A stretch of DNA of 64,000 bases. Source: Anolis carolinensis (Eukaryota). Shown here piece after piece: positions 36,801 to 48,389 of the stretch; positions within the stretch are counted from its first letter, which is position 1, and each line of letters begins with the position of its first letter. Position numbers and translations under genes: made by a program. The stretch lies in NCBI RefSeq assembly GCF_035594765.1, contig NC_085846.1:104705190-104769189 (forward strand), read 5' to 3'. The notes under the pieces are model-generated. The model had not been told where the DNA came from. It was given only the letters and a program-made list of their open reading frames with translations, and ran no database searches.

Positions 36801-37467
36801 TCTCTGCAATGTCATCACATATCATATCTCAAACTTCCTGAACCTCCATTATATAGAAACTATAAGTATGAACTAAAAATGCTCTTCAGCCCCCTTAAGG
36901 TGATGGGACAATTTTGTCATGTCCCACTCTCCATTTGGCATTTTTTCAAATAAATAAATGAATTAGAAGTAATACCTGATTTGAAAAGGAGTCTCTTATG
37001 CCTCAAAGATCGCGTAAACATGCCAAAATTATCCCCATGTCCCCAGAACTATTTTGAATACTTTTTTCTCAACTTGGCAGAATATAAGGAAGTTTGAGGG
37101 CCACAAAATGGTCTTGGGACCACATATATATTCTCCACCTCTACTCTAGCATGATCAAGGAATAAACATTTAGATGAGGCCATGAGGACAAAGGATTAGA
37201 GCAATTAAGATACATTATGGTGGTATGCTTTTAAATTGTTTCCAACATATGGTAACTCTTAAACAAATCTATCATGGTGATTTCTGTGGCAGAGAGTCTG
37301 TGACTTGCCCAAGGTCATCCAGTGGGTTTCCATGATTGAGCAGAGAATTAAACCCTGGTTTCCAGAGTTGTAGGGCACAGAATGTAGAATGGATGCAGTT
37401 TTATACTACTTTAACTACCATGCTTCAATGCTATGGAATCCTGGATTTGTAGTTTGGTGAGACATCA

Positions 37468-38423
37468 AGTAGCAATGGTAAGAACAAACCATGGAACAAC
37501 AGACTGGTTCAAGATTGGGAAAGGAGTACAGCAGGGTTATTATACACTCTCACTCTACCTATTCAACTTGTATGCAGAACACATCATGTGACGTGAAGGG
37601 CTTGATGAATCTAAGGCGGGAGTTAAAATTGCTGGAAGAAACATTAACAGTCTTAGATATGCAGATGATACCACTTTGATGGGTGAAAATGAGGAGGAGT
37701 TGAGGAACCTGATACCAAGGTGAAAGAAGAAGGTACAAAAGCTGGGTTGCAATTAAACATCAAAACAACCAAGGTGATGGCAACCAGACTGATTGATAAC
37801 TGGCAAATAGAGGGAGAAAACATGGAGGCAGTGACCGACTGTATTTCTAGGCATGAAGATTACTGAAGACACGGACTGCAGCCAGAAAATCAGAAGACAT
37901 TTACTTCTTGGGCGGAGAGCAATGACCAATCTTGATAAAATAGTGAAAAGTAGAGACATCACACTGGCAATGAAGGTCCACATAGTTAAAACAGTGGTAT
38001 ATCCTGTAGTAACCTATAGATGTGAAAGCTGAACCATAAGGAAAGCTAAGTGAAGGAAGATAGATGCTTTTGAACGGTGATGTTGGAGGAAATGTCTGAG
38101 AGTGCCTTGGACCACAAGAAGATCAAACTAGTCCATACTCCAGGAAATAAAGCCTGACTGCTCACTGGAAGGAAAGATATTAAAGGCAAAGATGAAGTAC
38201 TTTGGCCATATAATGAGAAGTCAGGATACCTTGGAGAAAATAATGATGCTGGGGAAAATGGAAGGAAAAAAGAGACCAAGGGCAAAATAGATGGATGTTA
38301 TCTTTGAAGTGACTAACTCGACCTTGAAGGACCCAGGGATGGTGATGGCTGACAGTAAGCTATGGCATGGGCTGGTCCATGAAGTCATGAAAAGTTGGAA
38401 GCGACTGAATGAATAAACAACAA
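37468..38423 (+). mobile_element. Bov-B/RTE LINE, 5'-truncated, RT pseudogene
   Basis: VRTNHGTTDWFKIGKGVQQG, LFNLYAEHIM, GVKIAGRNINSLRYADDTTL (YADD at 37658-37669), with stops and frameshifts; ends CGACTGAATGAATAAACAACAA. Confidence 0.95.
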
Positions 38424-38811
38424 TGAGGCACCAGCAGTCATTGACATACTTTATGTGGCTTCCCTTACACAGCCACTAACTCTATCATCTCTAATAGGGT
38501 TGTGTATTTAGGGTAAACCCGTTCCTGTTTTATGTTCTGGCTTTCGGTGGGGGCTCTGATCTATTTTTGGGAGTCTCTCGAAATCGGGAGGGAAGACATC
38601 TGTTTTTACTCTCCAGTGCTGAAAGATCAATTTTCTTTTCTTTTTTTAAAAAATATTTTTTTATTTTTTTCAATAAAAAAGATCAATTTTCTACAGGTCT
38701 GGTAAGAGATGCTTGGCTGCAGGCCCTGGCAGGCGTGAGCGCTCTGGACCTGCCTACATGGCACACCACAAATGCACTCTCTTCCCAAGAAGAGTGCATG
38801 TGGGGCATACA

Positions 38812-39307
38812 GGAGCCGGGCTGTGGCACAGGCTGGTTAGTAGCCAGCTGCAATAAATCACTCTGACCAAGAGGTCATGAGTTCAAGGCCAGCCCGTGGC
38901 GGAATGAGCACCCAAACATTAAAATAAAATAAATAGCCCCTGCTCGTTGCTGACCTAAGCAACCCAAAAGATAGTTGCATCTATCAAGTAGGAAATTTAG
39001 GTACCACTTATATGTGGGGAGGCTAATTTAACTAATCTATGACATCCTAAAAAAATCATCCAGCAAGCATTTGGAATGAGGAAGTTGCCGTCGCAGTGGA
39101 TGATGAAGCAGCTGCTCCCCCTGTGGCCGGAATCAAGCATACCCTCAGGAAGCTGGAAGCTGGAGAAGTTTAAATTGCCTCTATGTCTGTCTCTGTTCTA
39201 TGTGTATATGGCATTGAATGTTTGCTAATTATGTGTATATTGTGATCCGCCCTGAGTCCCCTTCGGGGTGAGAAGGACGGATATAAATACTGTAAATAAA
39301 TAAATAA
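38812..39307 (+). mobile_element. L2-tailed tRNA SINE, long (~495 bp) form
   Basis: Head and tail as in the short copies, plus an ~280-bp internal body. Confidence 0.9.
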
Positions 39308-41067
39308 GTGCCTCTTACTCTGCGATGCCAAAAAGCAGGCCAGGATCCAGGACCCACTCCTGCTTGCTTTCATGTCAAGCTGATTTCTGTAGCAGGAGGG
39401 GCTTTCCTTTTTTGTGATCCTGAAGAAACGAAAGACATGAAAGAAACAAATGAAATGGGAGAAATAAATTCTGCGCACATGACTACTATCTAAGTACATC
39501 TTAGAAGATTATATTTAGCCAAGTCCAAGTCACTTATAAGGCCACTTTGCAACTGGTGACTTTAGAAAGCATATGTAAATGTAGTCAGTTAACTAGGGCT
39601 GAGTTCATTTTTCAGATTCTTATCAAAATCTCTGTTGTAGCAACGGGATGGGATTGTTGATGGGCTTCCCTTCTCCTCAGTTCTGCAAAACCAGTGGATG
39701 ACTCATATCTACAGATCAAAATAACATAGTACAATTATAGCATTCAGAACAGTTTCTGTGCAATTGACTCAGTCCTAAGTTCCTGCCCGCTCATGGACTA
39801 CCAGCAACTGAGCTGTGCATAACTGAACAGATTCTCAAAAATACCTCAGGGGTGAATCACTTTTCTCAAAAAGAGTTCTGAAGTGCTATGATCACCATGG
39901 AGACAGTCAGCCACAAGGGAACCAAGGAAGCTGGTGTTTTTACAAAGAGGAAAAAAGAAGATAATTTTGAGTGTGAAAATGACCATCGGACCATAATGCA
40001 TTTGATTTGCTGTCATGAATTCTTTGCAAAGTTGTTTCAACCGCTGTAAATCTAAAATGACTGGTGGTGTTGGCAAAGTTTTTGAATAAACCACTCTTGA
40101 CAAAGAATAAAAAACAATTTTGTTGAAACAATTTTGAGAGAAGGGTGCATCTGACACATTGTGAAAACTGTTGCAGGAGAAAGCATGCCTTGCCTTAGAA
40201 AGCCTTGCAAGTCTTGCAGTACTACAATATAGAGAAATAAAATATGCACAAAGCCATCTGTTCTTTTGAAAATATATGTGGACAGCTAAAATGTGTACAA
40301 ATGAAACATATGTACAAATGTGCTTTACTTCATTGGGGAAATGCATATCAAAATGTGCATGGATTTCCTTGAAAGAAAAGAAGTCACACAAAGAAGGATG
40401 ATATGAGAATGCAGGTGAGATTAAGGACTTCATCCCACTCGAATTTTACCCATTTACTTATTATCTTTCTATGCTGGCAAAATGGAGACCATCCCAAGGA
40501 ATTGCCTAACACCACCAAAATAATCCATTTGTAATTCAGATTATTCACATGTGGAACTGCCCCAGACTAACACTATTAGTGCCACATTTACTTTACTTTT
40601 AACTGAATTGCTGTCTACAGCCCAAAGTCAAATCAGCATGGGCTTTATTTCTCCCTCTCCTCCAAAGTGATTTCCTCCTCCTTCCCAGTGAAACAGCTAC
40701 ACTTGTTTTGATGTCAGAAAGAAGTGCCATGCCATACAATCAATGATGAAGATACAGCCCGACCAACCCCCTCATATTGATCTCATGGCTGGGCACTTCA
40801 TCCATAGCAAGGCTCTTCTGGGAAGATTTTGGTCAAGAAGGCAGCAGTGCTGATGAAACCAAGCCGAAAGGAAGTCAGGAATCCTCCCTTCACTTTTCAG
40901 TGCAAAAATAAAGGAGAAAGGAAGACAAGCGATTTGCTATTGCCTCGGTCTCTCTCCTCCTCCTACTAGTTCTCAGAAAACAAATTAAGTGATACGCAAT
41001 GTCAGAAAGCATATACCCCAACAAGTCAAAAAATCTGACTCAGGGTGCCTCTAAATGGTAAATTAAT

Positions 41068-41800
41068 ACAGTTTGACCCCACTTTAACTGCCATGGCTCA
41101 ATGCTATGAAACGTGGCAGTTGTAGTTTTACAACAGTGGTTCTCAACCTTCCTAATGCCACGACCCCTTAATACAGTTTCTCATGTAGTGGTGACCCGCA
41201 ACCATAAAATAATTTCTGTTGCTACTTCATAACTGTAATTTTGCTACTGTTATGAATAGTAATGTAAACAGCTGATATGAAGGATGTGTTTTCATTCACT
41301 GGACCAAATTTGGCACAAATACCTATTACACCCAAATTTGAATAGTGGTGGGTTTGGGGGAAGGGATTGATTTTGCCATTTGGGAGTCGTACTTTCTGGG
41401 ATTTATAGTTCACCTACAATCAAAGAGCATTCCGTACTCGACCAACAATGGAATTGAACCAAACATGTCACACAGAACTCCCATGACCAACAGAAAATAC
41501 TAGAAGGGTTTGGTGGGTATTGACCTTGTGTTTTGGAGTTATAGGTTACCTACATCCAGCCTTCTCTGCCAAAGGGGTTCCTAAGACCGCCAGAAATATG
41601 TGCTTTCTTACTTCTTTTGCGACCCCTCTGACACCCCTCTTGCGACCTCCAGGTTGAGAAACACTGCTTTACAAGGTCTTTAGGCTTCTCTGGCAAAGGG
41701 TGCTGGCCTGGGGCCTCACCAAACTACAGATTCCATGATTATGTAGCATTCAGTCATGGCAGTTAAAGTGGAGACAAACTGCATTCATTTTACAGTGTTA
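41068..41800. mobile_element. Palindromic MITE split by a SPIN-type element
   Basis: CAGTTTGACCCCACTTTAACTGCCATGGCTCAATGCTA on the left and its reverse complement at ~41744-41783. Confidence 0.7.
41134..41666. mobile_element. SPIN/URR1-type non-autonomous hAT
   Basis: CAGTGGTTCTCAACCTTCCTAATGCC...GTTGCTACTTCATAACTGTAATTTTGCTACTGTTATGAAT is the SPIN/URR1 end; other end AGGTTGAGAAACACTG; near-TSD TTTTACAA / CTTTACAA. Confidence 0.9.
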
Positions 41801-42584
41801 ACACACACTCTGTGTTTTGCCTCCCTGTGGTCTGTACTCTGTACTGCCTCTGGTTTATATCCATGAAAGTTCATGAAACCAGATCATCTTAAAGGTGCTG
41901 TTACCTTCATTTCCTGCTCCTTTTTATCTTTCTAATAATGTGGTATATGGTGAGGTGTAACTATTGATGTCAATAAATAAATATGTTTTATTATAAGTTT
42001 TTCTAATCACCTTCCATTTGCCAAGCCAACTCTTGATAATGTCTGTATGAGAAAGGAAGTCAGACACTTCCCACTTTAAATAAGCATGGGCATGTAATTG
42101 AATATAATTAATTCATGGTAGAACAAGAGTGATTTTGAAATTGGAACAGCATTTATGGGGGCTTTCCTTCACACACTCTCAGATATTAAAAAGAGAGGAC
42201 AGCCATTTGTATATACATTTGCAAAAGGACAGGCACAGAATTCCCACAGTGACAATTAAATCTATATCCTTAACATTTTTGTCTGGCACTGCCAGCCATT
42301 AGATTGAAGGCGACTTTGCTTGACACTTTTTCAGATTGAACAATTTTTTTCTATCCAGTTCATTTCTGGGGAAAGCCTGTTCATTTTATCTATTTCTCTC
42401 TTGGATTCACCTTTTAAAACCACAACTTCCTTCCACGAAATGTGAAAATATTGATCAATGGGATAAATAGGGAAAATGATAGTATATTATAACCTATGAG
42501 TGGTAGCGAGTGTAAGGAGGTGCCAGGAATATTAAAGAAACTCTGTGGATTGGGATTCACTCAGCCCATAAATAAAATGTTTCT

Positions 42585-42757
42585 TGTTGCTGATATGTAC
42601 CTTCAAGTCATTTCCAACTTAACTAACCCTAATCTGAATTTATCATAGGTTTTCTGGGGCTGAGAGCGTGTGACTGATTTAGAGTCACTCAGGAAGTTGC
42701 ATGGCTAAGTAGGGTTTTGAATCCTGGTCTCCAGAATCACAATCCAACACTCAATGC
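42585..42757 (-). mobile_element. Old tRNA/CORE-like SINE (MIR/Squam3-like)
   Basis: Reverse complement of the 17915-18030 head. Confidence 0.55.
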
Positions 42758-44205
42758 ACGGGTGCTTCTACACTGTAGATTTAATGCAGTTGGACACTAC
42801 TTTAACTGCTTTGGCTCAATGCTATGTGATTCTGGGATTTGTAGTTTGGTGAGCACCCAGCACACTTTGGCAGAATAGACTTGTACATTCATGGATTTTT
42901 TTCATCTCCTGGGAGTTCTGTACTCAAACCCCAGCAAGTACCAAGGGCTCTCTGTATTATTCTTTTTTCTTTCTACAGTGCATTTTATTCACAATGGAAC
43001 TCAAAGTGGTTTACAAGAACCAAAAAAAAATCTCACTCAAAATTCACAAGATACAAAAGATTAAAACAAGGAAAATTATCCAAAAAATTAAAACTAGATT
43101 ACAAAAAAGAATTAACGTCAGGTCAAAACATGTATCATAAAAACACACCAGCACAACAATTAGCAATACCTTGTAATGCCCTAAAACCACCAAATATGGC
43201 GATTCTATGTTTTCCAGCCGAGATCTCTGGAAGGTCAGATGCCAAATTCTTTCAGAAGCATTGCAACCCCTGGAAGACCTCCACAGATCTCATACTTTCA
43301 CATCGGGCTATGGGAATGTAGCCAGACAATTCTCCAATCTTGTCTTCTTGCCACAAAGCATAAAGTGGCTTCGGGGATTTACAGTAAGTTTGGGATGGCT
43401 CAGCATAACCTTGATCCTCATGTGGACATTTACACTATGCTAAGCGGATGCTGATGCCATAATTGCAAGATTTTGAACATTACAGCATCTCATTTGGCTT
43501 GGACATTTTACCATAATGTATTTAACATAATGATTAATTTGGTCCCAAAGGCACGGGTTGTATTAGGGCCACAATTGCTTGTCTTTCTGGGAGGGGAAAA
43601 ACTCATTCCAATGTGCACATTAGGGCAGACAACTGTGATCCTACAAGAAAGGCTTATGTAACTGGCTGCTATTTGCCTTATTTGTAAAGATGAGTCAGGG
43701 GAATTGCCTGTCAGAGAGAATTTTGTGTGAAAGGCAAATGGAGTATCTTCTGGATAATTGCTTGCATTTGAGACTTCAGATATGCCCCAGAACTGTTGCG
43801 ATAATAAAACCACCCACTTGATCCCTCAAGAAAGTGGGCGGGCTGGATGCCACTGCTAATATGCATAAGACAATATAACCACAGGAGTTTCAGCTACAAT
43901 GAACTAACAAAAGCAATAATAATTGGCAAAACAATCTTTCTGATCTCACAGAACAGAATTTCACATTAAAGCATGCTGAAATAGTTACACAACTGGAAGG
44001 GAAAATAAATCAAGTCTGAAAGCCGGGATAGTACATATTATCTTTATTATCAGTAATGATAGGTACACTGCAGTATAATATATGGCAAGCTTTGACATCT
44101 TCATTTTGCTTTTCTACAGAACCCCCACAGAAAATAATCCATTATTATTTTCATGCTGGAGCCTAACAAAATGCTGAAAAATTGCCTGAAAAGATTAACC
44201 AGTCA

Positions 44206-44237
44206 ATGTGTTGTCTGGAACATGGCCACACAGCCCT
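44206..44237. mobile_element. 32-bp Penelope micro-insertion
   Basis: TGTGTTGTC + TGGAACATGGCCACACAGCCC flanked by the 12-bp direct repeat ATTAACCAGTCA. Confidence 0.7.
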
Positions 44238-44406
44238 ATTAACCAGTCAGTTTCTGAGATGCCACCATTTACTATAGATAGTATCCCACTCACAGAAGGC
44301 AGCTGTCTGGTCACACCAAATATAGAGCTGAATCCTATTGATAGTCCCAACTACAGTAGAAACAAAGGGATCTATGGCTTCGACTCACCATTCAATAGTT
44401 GTCTGA

Positions 44407-44556
44407 GGCCCCTTCCACACAGTCATATAACCCAGAATATCAAGGCAGAAAATCCCACAATATCTGCTTTGAACTGGGTTATTTGAGTCCACAATGCCAT
44501 ATATTCCAGTTCAAAGCAGATAATGTGGAATTTTGTTCAGCTGTGTGGAAGGGACC
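44407..44556. mobile_element. PIF/Harbinger-type MITE
   Basis: TIR GGCCCCTTCCACACAG / CTGTGTGGAAGGGACC; TNA-type flanks (TGA, TCA); internal inverted repeat ATCTGCTTTGAACTGG / CCAGTTCAAAGCAGAT. Confidence 0.8.
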
Positions 44557-45109
44557 TCAGTAAATGTACTCAAATTAGGTTTTTCAAATGGGATTCAAGC
44601 CATAGAGATCCCATTGAGGATACTGAAACCACTAACAACACAGGCTGGCATCCTCTTAGGCATCTGCACCATCACACAGAGTCACATAAATCGTAATGTT
44701 GTGTAACACTTGTAATCTCAGGGAGGGAAGCAGAGGCCCGTTGGGCAAACATCATTAGGGCCATTGGACAAACAGAGTCAACAATATAGCCATTGGTAGG
44801 TCAGTGAATAGGACTTCCCAGTATGTATTTTGCAATTCACTGGAAGGACTGTGTGTCATGGCATGTACATAGCCACAACATTGTCAAGTTATGTATCATA
44901 GATCTGGTGGAATAATTTGGCCAGAGTGCTTTGATACTAACAACAATCTAATCTGTTATAAAATATACAGTGGCACAGAACAATTCATTGTCCTTTTCTG
45001 CCTGCTACCACCTGGTACTTACAAAATACATCTTGTTGGGTACCCTTTCGGACCCAAATCAAAAGACTAAATTCATGTTGAGAGAAGACATGAGAGCCAT
45101 GCATAAATA

Positions 45110-45260
45110 AGGTTTAAAGGTAAAGGTTTTCCCCTGACACTAAGTCTAGTTGTGTCAGACTCTGGGGGTTGGTGCTAATCTCCATTTCTAAGCCAAAGAA
45201 CCGGCGTTGTCTGTAGATGCCTCCAAGGTCATACGGCCGGCATGACTGCATGGAGTGGCC
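45110..45260 (-). mobile_element. Sauria SINE 3' half
   Basis: AAAGGTAAAGGTTTTCCCCTGAC...CATGACTGCATGGAG. Confidence 0.88.
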
Positions 45261-45289
45261 ATTATATTTGAAAGGATATCAAAATAGGG

Positions 45290-45565
45290 GAGGGTGGGTG
45301 TGAAGAGATCATAAGACTTGGAGCAGTGAGTTCAAATGACAGAAAAGGACATTTCACCTGAACATTAGAAAAAAACTTCCTGACCGTATGAACTGTTCAA
45401 CAGTGAAGCTCTCTGCCTTGGAGGAAGCTCCTTCTTTGGAGGCTTTTAAACAGAGGCTGGATAGCCATCTGTCAGGGGTACTTTAATGTTTTTTTTTCCT
45501 GCATGGCAGGGGTTTGGACTAGGTGGTCCATGTGGTCTCTTCCAATTCTATGATTCTATGATTTC
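45290..45565 (+). mobile_element. CR1 3' end
   Basis: AACATTAGAAAAAAACTTCCTGAC...CAGAGGCTGGATAGCCATCTG...(ATTCTATG)2 tail. Confidence 0.85.
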
Positions 45566-45794
45566 TGTTACTGATACTTGCAGCCCTCCACTGGTGTTAG
45601 GAATGCAGGATCTCTGTGAAAGTGAAAAAAAATGTGAATCAAATGAACACTTTTAAAAATTGAGTGAACAGCTCTCTAGGAATCCTTCTGTACCTAGAAT
45701 TGTGACCTTGAGATTTCTAGAAGGACTACCATAAACCAATTAGTGAATAATCAATGTCACAAAAGTTGAAATTTCAAATGTGGGGGCTGACTAT

Positions 45795-45981
45795 ACACTT
45801 TTTTACACATAGCCTGAAGTTAATTTTATACAATATTTTAATATTTTTGTGCACAAAATAAATTTTGTATAATATATCTTGAAGCATCAGAAAGCAAAGG
45901 TATCACTATCTCAGACACCTATGTGTACAGGTTTGGATATTGTAGTAATTTGCAATTCCAGATAAGGAATGCTCAACCTGT
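45795..45981. mobile_element. Tigger4/MER46-like pogo element fragment
   Basis: ACACATAGCCTGAAGTTAATTTTATACAATATT...CAGATAAGGAATGCTCAACCTG; reverse-homologous to part of 51385-51730. Confidence 0.65.
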
Positions 45982-46989
45982 GTAAGCATTTACTAACATG
46001 AAACTTTAAAAAAATGTTTTTGGTATAAACACACACATATATCTGTAACTAACAATGAAAAAACAAGTGTTTTAATGGCAAAACAGACAAGGAAAAAGGA
46101 AATAAATAGAAGGTAGAAAGAACTGCGGATTGACTCCAGTGGGAAATGAGTAGATTTAATTTAAACATATTGCACTGTCAAGATATCATTGTGACAGAGT
46201 GTCAATGTAAGTGACATTGACACTCGTTATACTGTCAGCAGACTTTATATGAGTGAAATACATACATTACCCTGTCAGAATTAAAATGAAGGCTTTACAA
46301 CTAATCTTGCCTTTTAGTTTAACAAGGTGTTCTGCAAAGAAACGTTTAAAAATTAGATAGGGGTCAATTTGTGAGGTTTAAGGAAATTTGGAACTAATTA
46401 CGCAAGAGGGAAAATACATAATGTTTGTTAAACCATGGTCTCTGTCAGACTTGTGCATGGGTTTGTTTTCTTCCATTTCATTCGGTACCTTTGGTACCTC
46501 TGGGAGCCTGTAACGGTAAGGGCCCTCCTGGTATGAAAACCTCTTTGGCATGAAAGCAAGAGGGAGCCAATCTCAGCTCCTCCTCCCCTATTTGAATCAC
46601 AGTTGAATCTTTTTGATTTTCCTTTGTTTTCCTGATTCTTTTTATTTAGTGGGACTGACTGGGAGTTGGACACCTGGGAGGCAAAACCCCAAGCAGAAAG
46701 GAGCAGAAAACGAGGGGATTTTTAAGGTAGTCCAGGGAGGATAGCTCCACTGAGCTTCAGGTCATCACTCTTTCTTCCCTGGACCTCCTTAAAATTCATT
46801 GGAAACTTGGAAAACTGTGCATGGTGTGCTGCTGGTGCTGGGAAAGAAAGTGTGCATACCTGTCTCTCCTCTAGAGTAGAACAGCTTTAAGAAGCATCAA
46901 ACCCAGCCTCCTCTCCTCTTTTACAAACAGAACGGAAAGTATTTAGAAACTTAAGAGTGGTAACTCTGATCCTTTTTTAAATCCATGCT

Positions 46990-47168
46990 TTTAAAATCCA
47001 AATATAATGTTTTTAAATGCTTTATGTGTTTTAAATTCAATTTTAAATGTTTGTTTTAATTGTACATTGTTTTAAGGCATCAAATAGTTGCCTATGTGTA
47101 AAGTCGCCTTGAATCTCCTTCGCAGTTGAGAAGGGCGGGATATAAATACGGTAAATAAAATAAATAAG
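46990..47168 (+). mobile_element. L2 3' UTR/tail
   Basis: T-rich UTR followed by GTAAAGTCGCCTTGAATCTCCTTCG...GAGAAGGGCGGGATATAAATAC...AAATAAA. Confidence 0.75.
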
Positions 47169-47668
47169 GTCTCAATTAAGAATATGGAAAGGAGCCTGTG
47201 GTAAGCCCCCCCCCCCCCAATAATGGACTGGATAGGGTGCTTTCTTAACCGTGTTGCTGACACCCAAACTCCCTTAAAGGGAAGAAAGAAAAGACACTCA
47301 GGGGAAAGGGGAGCCTCATAAATCCCCCATTGCTGCCAATGGGTCAAAAAGAGCCACTTTTTTCAGATGTGGAACAACACACCCATTTGGCAGTATGCCC
47401 ATTTTAGGAGGCGCTGGAAAATGGATATGGGGGGCTTCCAGTATCCGGCAAGCAAAAACTGATAGCATTTCACCCGAAATGCACAAGCCTAGTTTTGCTA
47501 CAAACAGACCCAATCCAGATGGCTGTGAAGCCCAGGATTATCTGGAGTTGCAGGAAACTCTGGAGTGTCCGGTGACTTTGGCTTAAGTAAATCAGGTTTT
47601 TTTTAATTCATGTAGACAAGACTCAAGATAAACAAACCACTAGAAATACAAGGGATTATATTCTTGTA

Positions 47669-47900
47669 CAGTTTATCCCTCCATATCTACAGTTTTTGCA
47701 TGCATGGATTCAAGCAGCCACAGCTTGAAAATATTCTATATTTTTAAAATTCCAAAAGGCAAACCTTGATTTTGCCATATAAGGGATGCCATTTTACCAT
47801 TTCATTGTATGTAATGGAACTTGTGCAACCATTGATTTTGATATCCACAGGGCATGGAGGTTCTAGAACCCAACCCCAGCAAATATCAAAAACTCATTCA
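47669..47900. mobile_element. Old Tigger/MER2-like MITE
   Basis: TA|CAGTTTATCCCTCCATATC...ATGGATTCAA; TTCCAAAAGGCAAACCTTGATTTTGCC; GATTTTGATATCCACAGGG. Related relics near 14618, 45590, 56877 and 59828. Confidence 0.55.
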
Positions 47901-48202
47901 AATTGGCAGTGTGCCAAAAAAGAAAGAAAGAAATTAACAGACCCCCTCAAAACATCAGTAGTTGCAATTCTCTGCACATGTAAGAATCTCTTCATTCATG
48001 ACATGGAGACAATGTGTTCTGTGTTTATTCTACCAACTCCTAGGGCAACAGAACAAGTTCTGGATACATGAGTAAAGAGGGTTTCATGCCACTGTCTTTG
48101 CCTAACACTGGCAGAGTGGCCAAAAATACTATTCTGCTTGAGATGAAGAACAAACAGGCAACCTACTCCCATCCCATGTACAGAAAGACAACAATGAGTG
48201 AT

Positions 48203-48389
48203 CCTACACTGTAGACCTAATGCAGATTGACACTACTTTAACTGCCATGGCTCAATTGATGAAGGACCAGTGCTGTTTGGAAGAGAAGGTTGAATACCTT
48301 GTAAAACTAAACCTCCCATGATTCCATAGTACTGATCCATTGCAACTAAAGTGATGTCAAACTGCATTAATTCTAAGTGTAGATGCACT
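48203..48389. mobile_element. Palindromic MITE (probably Harbinger-type), both arms
   Basis: CTACACTGTAG..TAATGCAGATTGACACTACTTTA and TAAAGTGATGTCAAACTGCATTAATTCTAAGTGTAG are inverted. Confidence 0.7.

Noticed and set aside
39846-40433. 195-aa ORF on the minus strand
   Set aside because: No recognisable domain; F/C/H-rich composition typical of non-coding AT-rich DNA.
40743-40870. C/D snoRNA-like boxes (ATGATGA...CTGA) and a CTGATGA...GAAA hammerhead-like spacing
   Set aside because: No convincing terminal stem or antisense guide; no stem II between the hammerhead boxes.
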